DNA from: Nemertoderma westbladi
Taxonomy: Eukaryota > Animalia > Xenacoelomorpha
Direction: 5' to 3'
Length of the DNA: 64,000 nucleotides
Assembly (NCBI GenBank): GCA_032718475.1
Contig: JAUCBJ010009042.1
Span: 39,662-103,661, forward strand
Each line of letters begins with the position of its first letter. The stretch's first letter is position 1. The notes under the pieces are model-generated. The model did no database searches. It saw nothing but the letters and a program-made list of their open reading frames with translations, and was not told where the DNA came from. Shown piece after piece: positions 16,645-27,070 of the stretch. The position numbers and the translations under genes are program-made.

Positions 16645-16872
16645 CCCTAGTCTTGCAACATGCGAAATCTGAAAAGATCTTGATAAGATTTGTTAACATT
16701 CTTTGTAAGATCTTGGCACTTCAGATTCTGATCTTTGCAGGGGAGGCACTGATCGTCTAAGATCCTTACAGATTTTCTAGGTACATCCCAGATCTTTGCA
16801 GGGAGTCACTGATCATGTAAGATCATTACAGATTAACTATGAATATACCAGATCTTTGCTGTTCGCTAGGGG
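16645..16872. mobile_element. Possible small non-autonomous TIR element with AGATCT-type internal repeats
   Basis: at|CCCTAG...CTAGGGG|at ends, with repeated aagatctt/gatctttgcaggg motifs inside. Confidence 0.3.
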
Positions 16873-17039
16873 ATGTGCATACGCGATTGTTGCAAATTTA
16901 TCAAATTACTTATTATGCATGATAACTCCTTTGTAAACATCAGTAACAATATAATATCATAGCCAGTATATATTTAATTAAAATATCCACAAAATACAAC
17001 CCACAAACCCCCCGGAAGCGACAAATGATGTAACAATTA

Positions 17040-18649
17040 TGTTCGCGGTATTTCAACTTTCCATAACGCGAGTTGAATATTTTTGTATTTATTTAAAATT
17101 GATTATTCCGATATTACTACTGGGTGCGGGACCATGGGTTTTGGGCACATTCAATAAACTGGGGGCGATTTATGGGCGAACTTTGGGGCAACTTACAGGG
17201 TACGGGAATAATTTCATAGTTATAAGGGCCAGGGGGGGATGGAAAATGCAAGCAGTATTCAGGTTAGCCTGAGTACTATTAGGCCCTGGCCAACTTCCTG
17301 CTGCCTGTAGGGGTGGATTTGGTAATGCGCCAGGCCTAAAGGACAAGGACTGCCCTTAGCGGTCCCTGGCCAACAGCAGCCATTACGAGACTGAAAAGAA
17401 CTCGGACCGCTGACTGCTTGTGTCAGGGATTTGCGACGGGAAACGACGGCCCCTTAGTAGCCAAGCCGTTCTGGTTCTCGATGATCGTTCCCTTCGGGGT
17501 TCGTGAGAGGTGGAGCGGACACGCGAACGGGTGGCCAACTAACGACTGCCCCCTGACCTAAGCCGTACTGGTTCTCGATGACCGATCCCTTCGGGGTTCG
17601 CGAGGGGTGGGACGGACATTCGAAAGGGATGGCCACAGGACGGGTTTGACGAGAACTGCCCTTAGCGGTCTCTGGTCAACGGCAGCTACTACGAGACTGA
17701 AAAGAACTCGGAACGCTGACGCTTGTACTGGGATTTGCGACGGGAACCGACGACAGACCCCTTAGCCAAGCCGTACTGGTTCTCGATGATCGTTCCCTTC
17801 GGGGTTCGTGAGGGGTGGAACGGACACGCGATGGGGTCGAAAGACAAAGGACTAGACTCGACTAGACTCTACTGGCCTACCGACTGTTCGGAGCAGTTTC
17901 TCGGCTGCCGAAGCGACTACGAGCCTGAAAGGGACTCGGAAAGCCTAGGTGGTTGGGTTTCTGTGATGAAACGACGGACCCCTAGCCAAGCCGTTCTGGT
18001 TCTCGATGATCGAACCCTTCGGGGTTCGTGAGGGGTGGAACGGACACGCGAACGGGTCCACCGACACGACAGACTCCTAGCCAAGCCGTACTGGTTCTCG
18101 ATGACCGAACCCTTCGGGGTTCGAGAGGGGTGGTACGGATACGCGACAGAGTCTACCGACTGGACCGACCCTTAGCCAAGCCGTGCTGGTTCTCGATGAT
18201 CGTTCCCTTCGGGGTTCGTGAGGGGTGGAACGGACACGCAACAGGGTTGACCGACACCGACACTACGGCACTAAGACTAGGACCGAGGGAAAATCTGGGG
18301 AACATTAGGTAGGCTAAAATCTGAGCGAACAGTGGGTTATTAAATAATATACCGTAGGGATTTATATTATCGTGTATAATTATTGTGAATATTTGGTGTA
18401 TATTGATTTGGGGAAGCCCAAAATTATTCTTAATCAAGTTTCAATGATGTTGAACAGGTTTCAACTATAGGAAGTTACATTAAAGAGTATATCCAACTAA
18501 TGCAGCTTTTTATCAACCGCAAACTTGCATCTCAGAAATCATTCCTTCTCCAAAATCAATATCCGGTGACTGGCCGGGGCTCAGTGGTCTGTAAACTCAC
18601 GTCTCCAGCATCGGCGTTTTTCCCCCCTGGTGTTGGGATAACGGCAACA
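17040..18649 (+). repeat. E1 5' LTR
   Basis: TGTTCGCGG...GGCAACA. About 6 differences from the 3' LTR by eye. Confidence 0.96.
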
Positions 18650-18651
18650 AA

Positions 18652-18664
18652 ATTAAGAATAATT
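18652..18664 (+). promoter_or_regulatory. E1 putative self-priming PBS (ATTAAGAATAATT)
   Basis: No TGG tRNA PBS. Perfect complement of AATTATTCTTAAT at 18422-18434 in the LTR. Confidence 0.55.
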
Positions 18665-18942
18665 CACGTGGTTAATTTTGACAGGGTGTCAAAATTAAGA
18701 ATAATTTATGCGGTTAATTTTGACAGGGTGTCAAAATTAAGGATAATTACGGTCAACTTCAACTGGTGGAAGTTGAGAATCCTTCAATACTCTTCAAAAA
18801 CTCTCTACGTGCTTGCCAGCACCCACTACGAGGAAACTCTGGTATTTGAGTTGAGACAAAGTCGTGGTTTAATTAAGCAACAAACTCGATCTAACCAACT
18901 CGTAGTCGGCAGATCACATATTTGGAGAGTTGTTAACAGGGA

Positions 18943-19134
18943 ATGGAAGTATCGATCACACCCATTGATATAATTCAAGTTGAGCCAGGAATCTGGCACG
19001 TCGAAGTTGAGGTACAAGGAACGAACGTTGGACAATTCAGGATTACTGTTCGGGTGGTCCAAGCTGAGTACAATACCTACGAGGAACTGTTTTACGACAT
19101 CGCGTATCTAGCCATCGACGAGGCGTTACAATGA
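18943..19134 (+). CDS. Small 63-aa ORF immediately upstream of E1 gag, overlapping its start (ATGA)
   Basis: ATG start, protein-like amphipathic pattern and stop/start overlap at 19131-19134. Confidence 0.35.
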   Translation: MEVSITPIDIIQVEPGIWHVEVEVQGTNVGQFRITVRVVQAEYNTYEELFYDIAYLAIDEALQ

Positions 19135-21689
19135 CAACAAATAACGTATCCGATACCGACGAGATGGATCACCACACAGACTCGGAAGCCGACGAGGTAC
19201 CAAACGTCAAGAACATGACCCGTCGGTTAGGGGCTCTTAAAGGCGGAGTAACCCGAGCGTATCAACGGATGGAGAAACAACTCAAGGGAGTCAAAACCCC
19301 CCTCAATGAGGTACAAACTCAGCTTCAAAGTATCCGAAATATCCTACAGCGGTACGAAAGAATGATACAGGCGTACCAAGAGCTCGTTCCCCCCACCGAT
19401 CAGGAAAACTACCCCAAGTTGGAAGAACACGTTGTACATCTAGATGGGTTCCGCAAACAACACCGGAGGACCCTCAGCCTTGTGAGAGGCTATGAGGAAC
19501 AGTATTACAAGAGGGCTGACGCGGAGTCAGTACGATCCTCCAGCATCAGGACAGCAGTACATCGTAAGAGAACGGGGTCCGCTAGAAATCAGCACTCCAG
19601 CGCTAGGAGCGAGATATCCGGCTCGGCGCGCAGTTCTCAAGGGGCGCCGCCACTCCGAGACCAACTGCGAGAACGGAAGGCATTAGCCCTCAAAGCTCGG
19701 ATGGAAGATGAGTATATTCAACTGCAAGCCGAGCAAGATGTATTAGCCGCCGAAACACAAAAGCGAGAGGCCGAACAAGCGGCCGAACGGCAGGCCGAAC
19801 AACGCGAACAGGAGGCCGAACAACATAGACGAGAAGCCGAACGGCAGGCCGAACAACGTGAACAGGAGGCCGAACAACATAGACGAGAGGCCGAACGACA
19901 GGCCGAACAACATAGACGAGAGGCCGAACGGCAGGCCGAACAACGTGAACAGGAGGCTGAACAACATAGACGAGAGGCCGAACAACATAGACGGGAGGAT
20001 GAACGACAGGCCGAACAACGCAAACAGGAGGCCGAACAACGCGGACGAGAGGCCGAACGAGAGATCGAACAACGTAAATGGGAAGCGGAAATGCGTAAAC
20101 AACACGCCGAGGCCCAAGCAATTCTTATCCACAAAAAGAATGCGGATATTGCAAAACTCGCAGAATACGAAGCCGCACTTATAGAATGAGATATTCAACT
20201 CTACGAGGACTGGGAAAGGGATATAGATCAGGAATATGAACCAATTCCGGTACCGGAGTTAGAAAAGTCATTTACACCAACAGCGGCGAAACCTCCGAAA
20301 CCCGAGATCCCGCCTACCAAACAGTCTACGCTATCGGCACAAGCCCCGGTGTTCCATCCCCCACCAGCTACGCTAAAGAATGAGGAACCTTATTTCCCAT
20401 CCAACACCACGACAGCGAGTGTACCCAAGTACGAGCCTGAAAGGGACTCGGAACGGGACGCCACTCCCCGATCTAACAACCTATTTACATCCACACCACA
20501 AACTCGTAGCCGCGTCATTATTAAAACTCCACCTATTATTGATCCATCAAGTATGGGAGTGAGTGCCAATAACTATAACCCTCCGAGTCACTCAAGTTCA
20601 GACGACGTCAGCATCATCCGGGCGTTGGAGAACCGCCTTGCCATGCCTAAGATGGAGATTCGCACCTTCGAAGGAGATCCCGTTGATTACCTCAGATTCA
20701 AGAAACGGTTCTTTGCGCAGATCGGATCAACGGACATAGCCGACGCACAGAAATTGGTATATTTATCGCAATACCTGGGTGACAAACCACGCAGAATTGT
20801 TGCATGTTTTGAAGGAGGTTCTCATGAGGCATACTATGACGCATGGAAAACTCTAGATAAAAGATACGGAAATACCGGAACTATAATTAATAAAACTCTA
20901 GAGAGACTGATACAGGACACGGGATCACTAGGGGACCCACAGAACATACAGGAATTCTCCGACTCTATGAAGGATGCCTACTATACTCTGAAACCCTTAA
21001 ATAAAGAGGACCAGGTGAACAACATTCTAAACCTCCGACAGATCGCCAAGAAGTTCCCCGGATGGCTACAAAGTAAGTGGGCTTATAAATGTGTAGATCT
21101 CCGGCGCAGACATCCAGATCGAGATCCTAGCTTCCTTGAAATGTCGGCATTCCTGGACGATATCTCCGAAGCCATGAATGACTCGATGTTTTCAAAACAA
21201 AGTCTCGCAAAGTTGGACGGAATAGAGAGCAACTCCAGGAGTAAGATAACCCCTCCGAAACCGAGATTCCGCCCCCCACCGGTAAGTACGATGGCCATTA
21301 CCATGGCTGAGGATTCCGACGACGAAGACTACGAGGAACCGACATCCGCCGAGGAATGGGCATGTTATCTCGCGAGTTGGGCACCCGAAAGGGAAGGCAT
21401 CACAAATTCCCTGCTCTGTCTCTTCTGTGGGGAGAAACATAAAGTGGAATTCTGCAGAAAGTTTCAGTTCGCCAAACTCGTCCCACGCTTCGAGGCGATA
21501 ATGAAACACCGAGGATGCTTCCGGTGTCTTGGAACAGGTCACTATGTTCGGGAGTGCGACCAAAGATCATGCTGTGCTGTCTGTAACGACCAACGCCATC
21601 ACACGCTCCTCCACATCCCCGCGAACTTCGATTTTACTACCCTTCCCTTTCGGATCGAAGCCAGTAACCAATATTTCGGCCACGATTAA
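19131..21689 (+). pseudogene. gag: E1 Gag (BEL/Pao type), one in-frame TGA at 20187-89
   Basis: ORFs 19131-20189 and 20349-21689 are in the same frame with an open linker. Motifs: FEGDPVDYLRF...KLVYLSQYL (DUF1759-like), CLFCGEKH...C, CFRCLGTGHYVREC and CAVCNDQRHHTLLH. N-terminal coiled-coil repeats are present. Confidence 0.9.
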
Positions 21690-24600
21690 TCTTATAAATC
21701 GCCGCTACATGGTTTTCGCAAAGGTAATCCCAGTAAGGATCCAAGGAGTCGGCAAATCTTTGACGACACTCGCGTTCCTCGATAACAGGTCTGACGGAAC
21801 CATCATCGACCGGGATTTCCTTGAGCAACTCGGCCTAGAATATGAACCTTGTAAACGGCCCATACAAACCATCACCGATAACAGAGAGGTAGAGTCCGGG
21901 GAGGTACAACTCCAGATGGAAGGAGTGATGAAGGGCTACGAAACGGCTAAGTTAACCATCAAGAACACCTTGGTACACACAGACCTCCGGGTGCGGTTCC
22001 GACAATCAGCCGAGTACGCCCCCCTCATACAATTAGACCGAGACGATGTAGACCTGAGGTGTCCGCAGTTGGACGTGAACCGTATCACCCTACTGATTGG
22101 ACTTGATACACCGGAACTACACATCCCCACCGGAGATATCGCTCGATCTATAAACCAGGATGATGGATTCTATGCTGAACGAACAATAATGGGATGGACA
22201 CTCTGCGGCATTAAGGAGGAAACTACGAACACCTATACCTACCTTCCTAAATGTCAGATTAAAGAGAATGTAACCTCTGTGGGTTATTGCTCAGCTTCAG
22301 ATCTTGACGAGGATTTGTTTCTGGAAACCGAGAAAACCCAACGAGAGATGACGAAATATTTTAATTTGGAGACCCAGGAGTTCGCGGAAAAGGACGAAAA
22401 CCCATCCGAAGAGGACCAATATTGTATGGACGTTCTCGACCAGGCCACGTTTAAAGACGGACATTGGTGTTCACCTATGTTATGGAAGGATCCAAACAAA
22501 CCAATGGCAAACAACGCCAGCATGGCACTTAGGCGACTTAAAGGGATTCTACGCCGGCTGAATGACCAACCCGAGATAAAGGAGAAATATAATACCGTAA
22601 TCCAAGGATATCTCGATGATGGATTAGCAGAAATGGTACCACGGAATGAACTGCAAGGTGGTGAAAGAACATATTATCTCCCAACCCACTATGTAGTAGA
22701 AGCCCGCAAAGGTGGGAAAATCCGAGTGGTAAATGATGCTGCTGCTATGTACCAGGGCGAATCCCTAAACAGTCAACTTTACACGGGACCCAACATATAT
22801 AGCACACTCATTGGCGTATTGATCAGGTTCAGGGAAAACCGGGTAGCATTCACCTATGACATCAAGGCCATGTTTCATCAAGTTCGTACGTTACCAAGAG
22901 ACGTTGTCTACGTATCCTATGGACGGATAAAACGCTTACTCAACAGGAGATTAGCCAACTCACGATAAAGGACGTAGACGTAATGCGTATGGTCGTCAGG
23001 ATCTTCGGCGCTAAGGACTCGCCGGTAGCATGCAGTGACATGCTAAAGAGGACGGCAACTATGTGCGAAAATGAGTTCCCTCCAACTGTCATAGAAACAA
23101 TTCGACGATGCTTCTACGTGGATGACGGATGCGCCGGCGCGGATAATGTGGATGAGGCATATCGGCTAGCAATGGGGATGGTAGAATGTCTAAAGAAAGG
23201 AGGGTTTCCGCTCGTGAAGTTCAGATCCCACGACAAAACACTTATGGAAAAGTTTCCGGAGGACATCCGGCTGGAAAATAACAAAATGTATTCGGAGGAT
23301 GTGGAACATCGTGTACTTGGGATTGAATGGGACATAGAATCAGACGAATTCATCTTCAAGTATAAACCCCTACCCAAGCCTATGACAAAAAGGGGATGTT
23401 TGTCGATAAAAAGCGCCATCTTCGACCCACTAAATTTCATATCTCCAGTAACCTTGGCCGGAATGAACCTGATTAAGGAAATGTGGATAGAAGGACTGGG
23501 ATGGGACGAAGAGCTCCCCCCATACCTCAGCGTCAAATGGAGAAAATGGACGGAGCAGCTCGAACACCTACATCTTATGCGGATACATAGACCGTTCTTC
23601 CTCGATAAGTTGCCCACCGATATCTTCCAGCTCCACACCTTTTCGCATGCTTCGAATACCGGAATCGGCGTAGTCACCTTCCTACGGAGACTAAGTAACG
23701 ATGGAAATGGCGATACAAGCTTCTTATTCTCCAAAGCAAAGACAGTATCCGGGGAATTCGTAGCAACGATCCCGAGACTCGAGCTACAAGCTGCAATTTG
23801 GGCAGTAAGACAGAATCGCATGGTCATGCGGAACCTACGGATCCCCATAGAATCTCAACACTTCTGGGTAGATTCGAGTATAGTTCTCTATTATCTCCAC
23901 TCTCCATCACGGCGTCACACCACGTTTGTTGCAAACCGAGCCACGGAGATTAAACAGTGTACCGGCCGAGAACAGTGGCATCACGTGAACGGGAAGGAAA
24001 ACCCAGCGGACTTATCAAGCCGAGGCGCCACCCCAAAACAACTCGGTAAAAGTAAACTCTGGCTTACAGGCCCGGAATTCCTACGGCAGCCACAGTTAAC
24101 ATGGAGTACCCGATTCGACCCCGAGCTCGATAGCGGAAAATACTCCGAGGACGATAAAGAGATCCGTAAAATCCATCGAAGCAACGCGGTGGAAATTTAT
24201 AGTTGTCTGACTGAGCCTGCAAAGGACTCGGGCAGGCACTATAACGTCGCGACGATCACTCAACTAGCGGCGTCTTTACATCGGTTGATCGAGCGAACTT
24301 CATCCATGAGACGGCTCGTCCACCACGTTATAACCCTTCGCAAGTTCCTACGGTGGAAAAACAACAAACCGATAGTTCAACGGAATATACAAGAACTCAT
24401 TATCGCGGAGAAGTGTATTGTTAGATATGTCCAGAAAGAAAGTTTCCCCGATGAATGGGAACAACTTAGTGCGGGCAAAACATTGAAACCGGACAGCCCA
24501 GTCTACCAACTGAGACCAATGATGGGAGAGGACGGACTGATCCGACTGAATACCCGGATGGCAAACGCCCCGGTCGAATATGAGGTTAAATACCCGGCGC

Positions 24601-25820
24601 TTCTGCCCGGAACGTCGACACTAGCTAAGCTATTAATTCTACAATGTCACGAGGACAACCACCACGCAGGACAGAATTGGATTATAGCTAATATAAGACA
24701 AAGATATTGGATCACCCACATCCAGCCACTGATCCGGAAAGTGTTGAAACGTTGCTTCACCTGCAGACGTTACCTAGCGCCACCAATCACCCAAAAGATG
24801 GCCGACTTACCAGCCACCCGTCTACAAGCGGATTCCCCACCATTCTACGTCACCGGAGTGGACTGTTTCGGACCGTTCACGGTTATTGAACGACGATCCA
24901 ACATCAAATGCTGGGGAGCCATCTTCACCTGCCTAAGTTCTAGGGCAATTTACCTAGATATCGTGGTAAATCTGACACAACACGCATTCATCAACGCTCT
25001 GCGTCGGTTCGTGGCGAACAACGGGACATGCCGCCACATGTATTCCGATAATGGTACAAACTTTGTGGGAGGAGAAAGAGAACTTAGAGAGGCGATCGAG
25101 GGATGGTTTACCGATAACACCGCATCCCAAGTCTGGAAGGAACACCAGATACAGTGGCACTTCCAGACCCCCTTAGCACCCCATACGAGCGGGGTATGGG
25201 AGAAACTGATCGACCTAGTGAAACGATCCATGCGCGTCGCTCTAGGCGATACCCGGGTAACCCATGACACCCTCCGCACAACATTCTGCGAGATCACGGC
25301 TACCCTGAACAACCGACCTATTGTCCCTATCCGCGACGACCCCACAGACCTGGAGCCCCTCACTCCTAACCACTTACTGGGGAGACCCAAAACCCATGTT
25401 CTCCCGGAAACCATGTTCCCGGATCCCAACGAGATCGCGAAACATACAAACTGGAAAAAGGCCCAAGCGTTGGCAGCGCATTGGTGGAGAATTTGGGCCC
25501 AGGAGTACCTCATAACCCTCCGGACCAGGAGGAAATGGAACAACACCTACCAGAACGTCGCAGTTGGCGACATGGTACTAGTTAAAGAAGATCTCAAAGA
25601 CCGCGTTCACTGGCCTGTGGCGCGGGTCGTGACCATACACCCAAGCAAAGACGGACTTGCGAGGACTGTGACGATACGAACGAAATCGGGCCACTACCAA
25701 CGCCCCATCCAAAAGCTGTGCCTTCTTGAAGGCAATGATAGCGGTGATTCTACGAGAGGTGATAAGATCCCTACTCAAGATCCTGCTGTGGACATTGGTG
25801 ACAATTACAAAACCGTGTAA
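21690..25820 (+). pseudogene. pol: E1 Pol (protease, RT, RNase H, integrase), frameshifted near 22900
   Basis: AFLDNRSDGT protease. RT motifs KIRVVNDA, DIKAMFHQ and FYVDD. Pao RNase H LHTFSHAS/TIPRLEL/NPADLSSRG. Integrase H-H-C-C, GVDCFGP, SDNGTNF and GVWEKLI. Confidence 0.92.
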
Positions 25821-26099
25821 CCCTTCTCATCATGTTGACAAACTCTTATAAAACTGTGATTTATCGACAACGAGTTATGGACCCCCCTTTAAACCAACTG
25901 TAACCACGCAATGGTATTTGTGTTTCCTCGTGCGTTATGTGGAGTCCAGCATCACCCTGCAGATGTTTCGACTGACGCAGGGTCGTTTATGCATTGTTTA
26001 CCCTGATTTTGGTCATCGGGACCAATGATATTGGATTATTGGAAATGGAAAAGATTTGAAGTGGAATTCATTGTATTCATTGCAGTATGTTATGTTGTC

Positions 26100-26511
26100 C
26101 GTTGCGTGCGCAGTTCGGGGCGTAGGCGGTGTAACGAGTCCAGCTGTAGATCCCGGATTGCCGCGCAACACCCCCTCTATCCCGTTATTCTGGTGGGTCC
26201 ATGGTGCATCCACGTGACTTCGACGATAGAGGGTTTTATGTTTCTCAGTCGCATTATTCTGGTGGGACCGTTGCGTGGATTTTGGGGCGTAGGCGGTGTA
26301 ACGAGTCCAGCTGTAGATCCCAGAATGTTGCGTAACCCCATCCCACATGACTTCGTCGACTGAGCTTTATGTTGTTGGGAGTGTTATTCTGGTGGGTCCC
26401 TGGTGCATCCACGTGACTTCACTCCCAGCGTCTTCATTGTCCGTTACGTGCGCAGTTTGGGGCGTAGGCGGTGTAACGAGTCCAGCTGTAGATCCCAGAT
26501 TGCCGCGTAAC
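26100..26511 (+). repeat. Three copies of a GC-rich structured repeat between E1 pol and ORF3
   Basis: Identical 38-nt core ggggcgtaggcggtgtaacgagtccagctgtagatccc at 26117, 26284 and 26459, each enclosed by complementary flanks. Confidence 0.85.
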
Positions 26512-27070
26512 ACCCCTTCCACGACAAAGATTAACCAAAGAAAATGATTGAATATAGTTGGAAACGATGAAAAGGATCAGACAACTCTGCTATAAACCTG
26601 AATGATGACGCGTATACTGATGAAAATGAAATGATGCGCACCATGGTGCTGCGCTTATAACCAATGATGATAGCCGGGGGGCTATAAACCCAATGATGAT
26701 GTGGAAATAAATAAATGTGAAATAAATGGTGGAACTAAATGTGTTGAAATATATGTGGAAATAAATGAAATGAGATGAAATAATAATGAAATGAAAAAAG
26801 ACAAAAAAAAGGTATAAAAAAGTCTAAAGAAAAGAATTAGAAAAAAGAAAAGGACAAAAAAGTCATAAAAAAAACTGGTTGGATATTATGTATAGCTATA
26901 GTAACTGTAAATGCTGAATGTATTAGCAATAAGATGATAGATGCCTATATAGCAATGTTATTAATAAACTGAATTAAATAAAAAACTGAATTATTCTGCT
27001 ATCGCTATAGTTTCAGACTTTCTGGACTTATAATTAACTGATCTAATTTGTAACGGATATAATCGTAAAT

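Noticed and set aside
17461-18240. LTR hairpin array as CRISPR or hammerhead ribozymes (retrozyme-like)
   Set aside because: The spacers are related to each other and the context is a eukaryotic LTR. There is no CUGANGA...GAAA core with three correctly placed stems, and the GAUGA fits a k-turn better.
19690-25778. Antisense and alternative-frame ORFs overlapping gag/pol (also in E2, E3 and the LTRs)
   Set aside because: Shadows of coding sequence or repeats, with no recognisable motifs.
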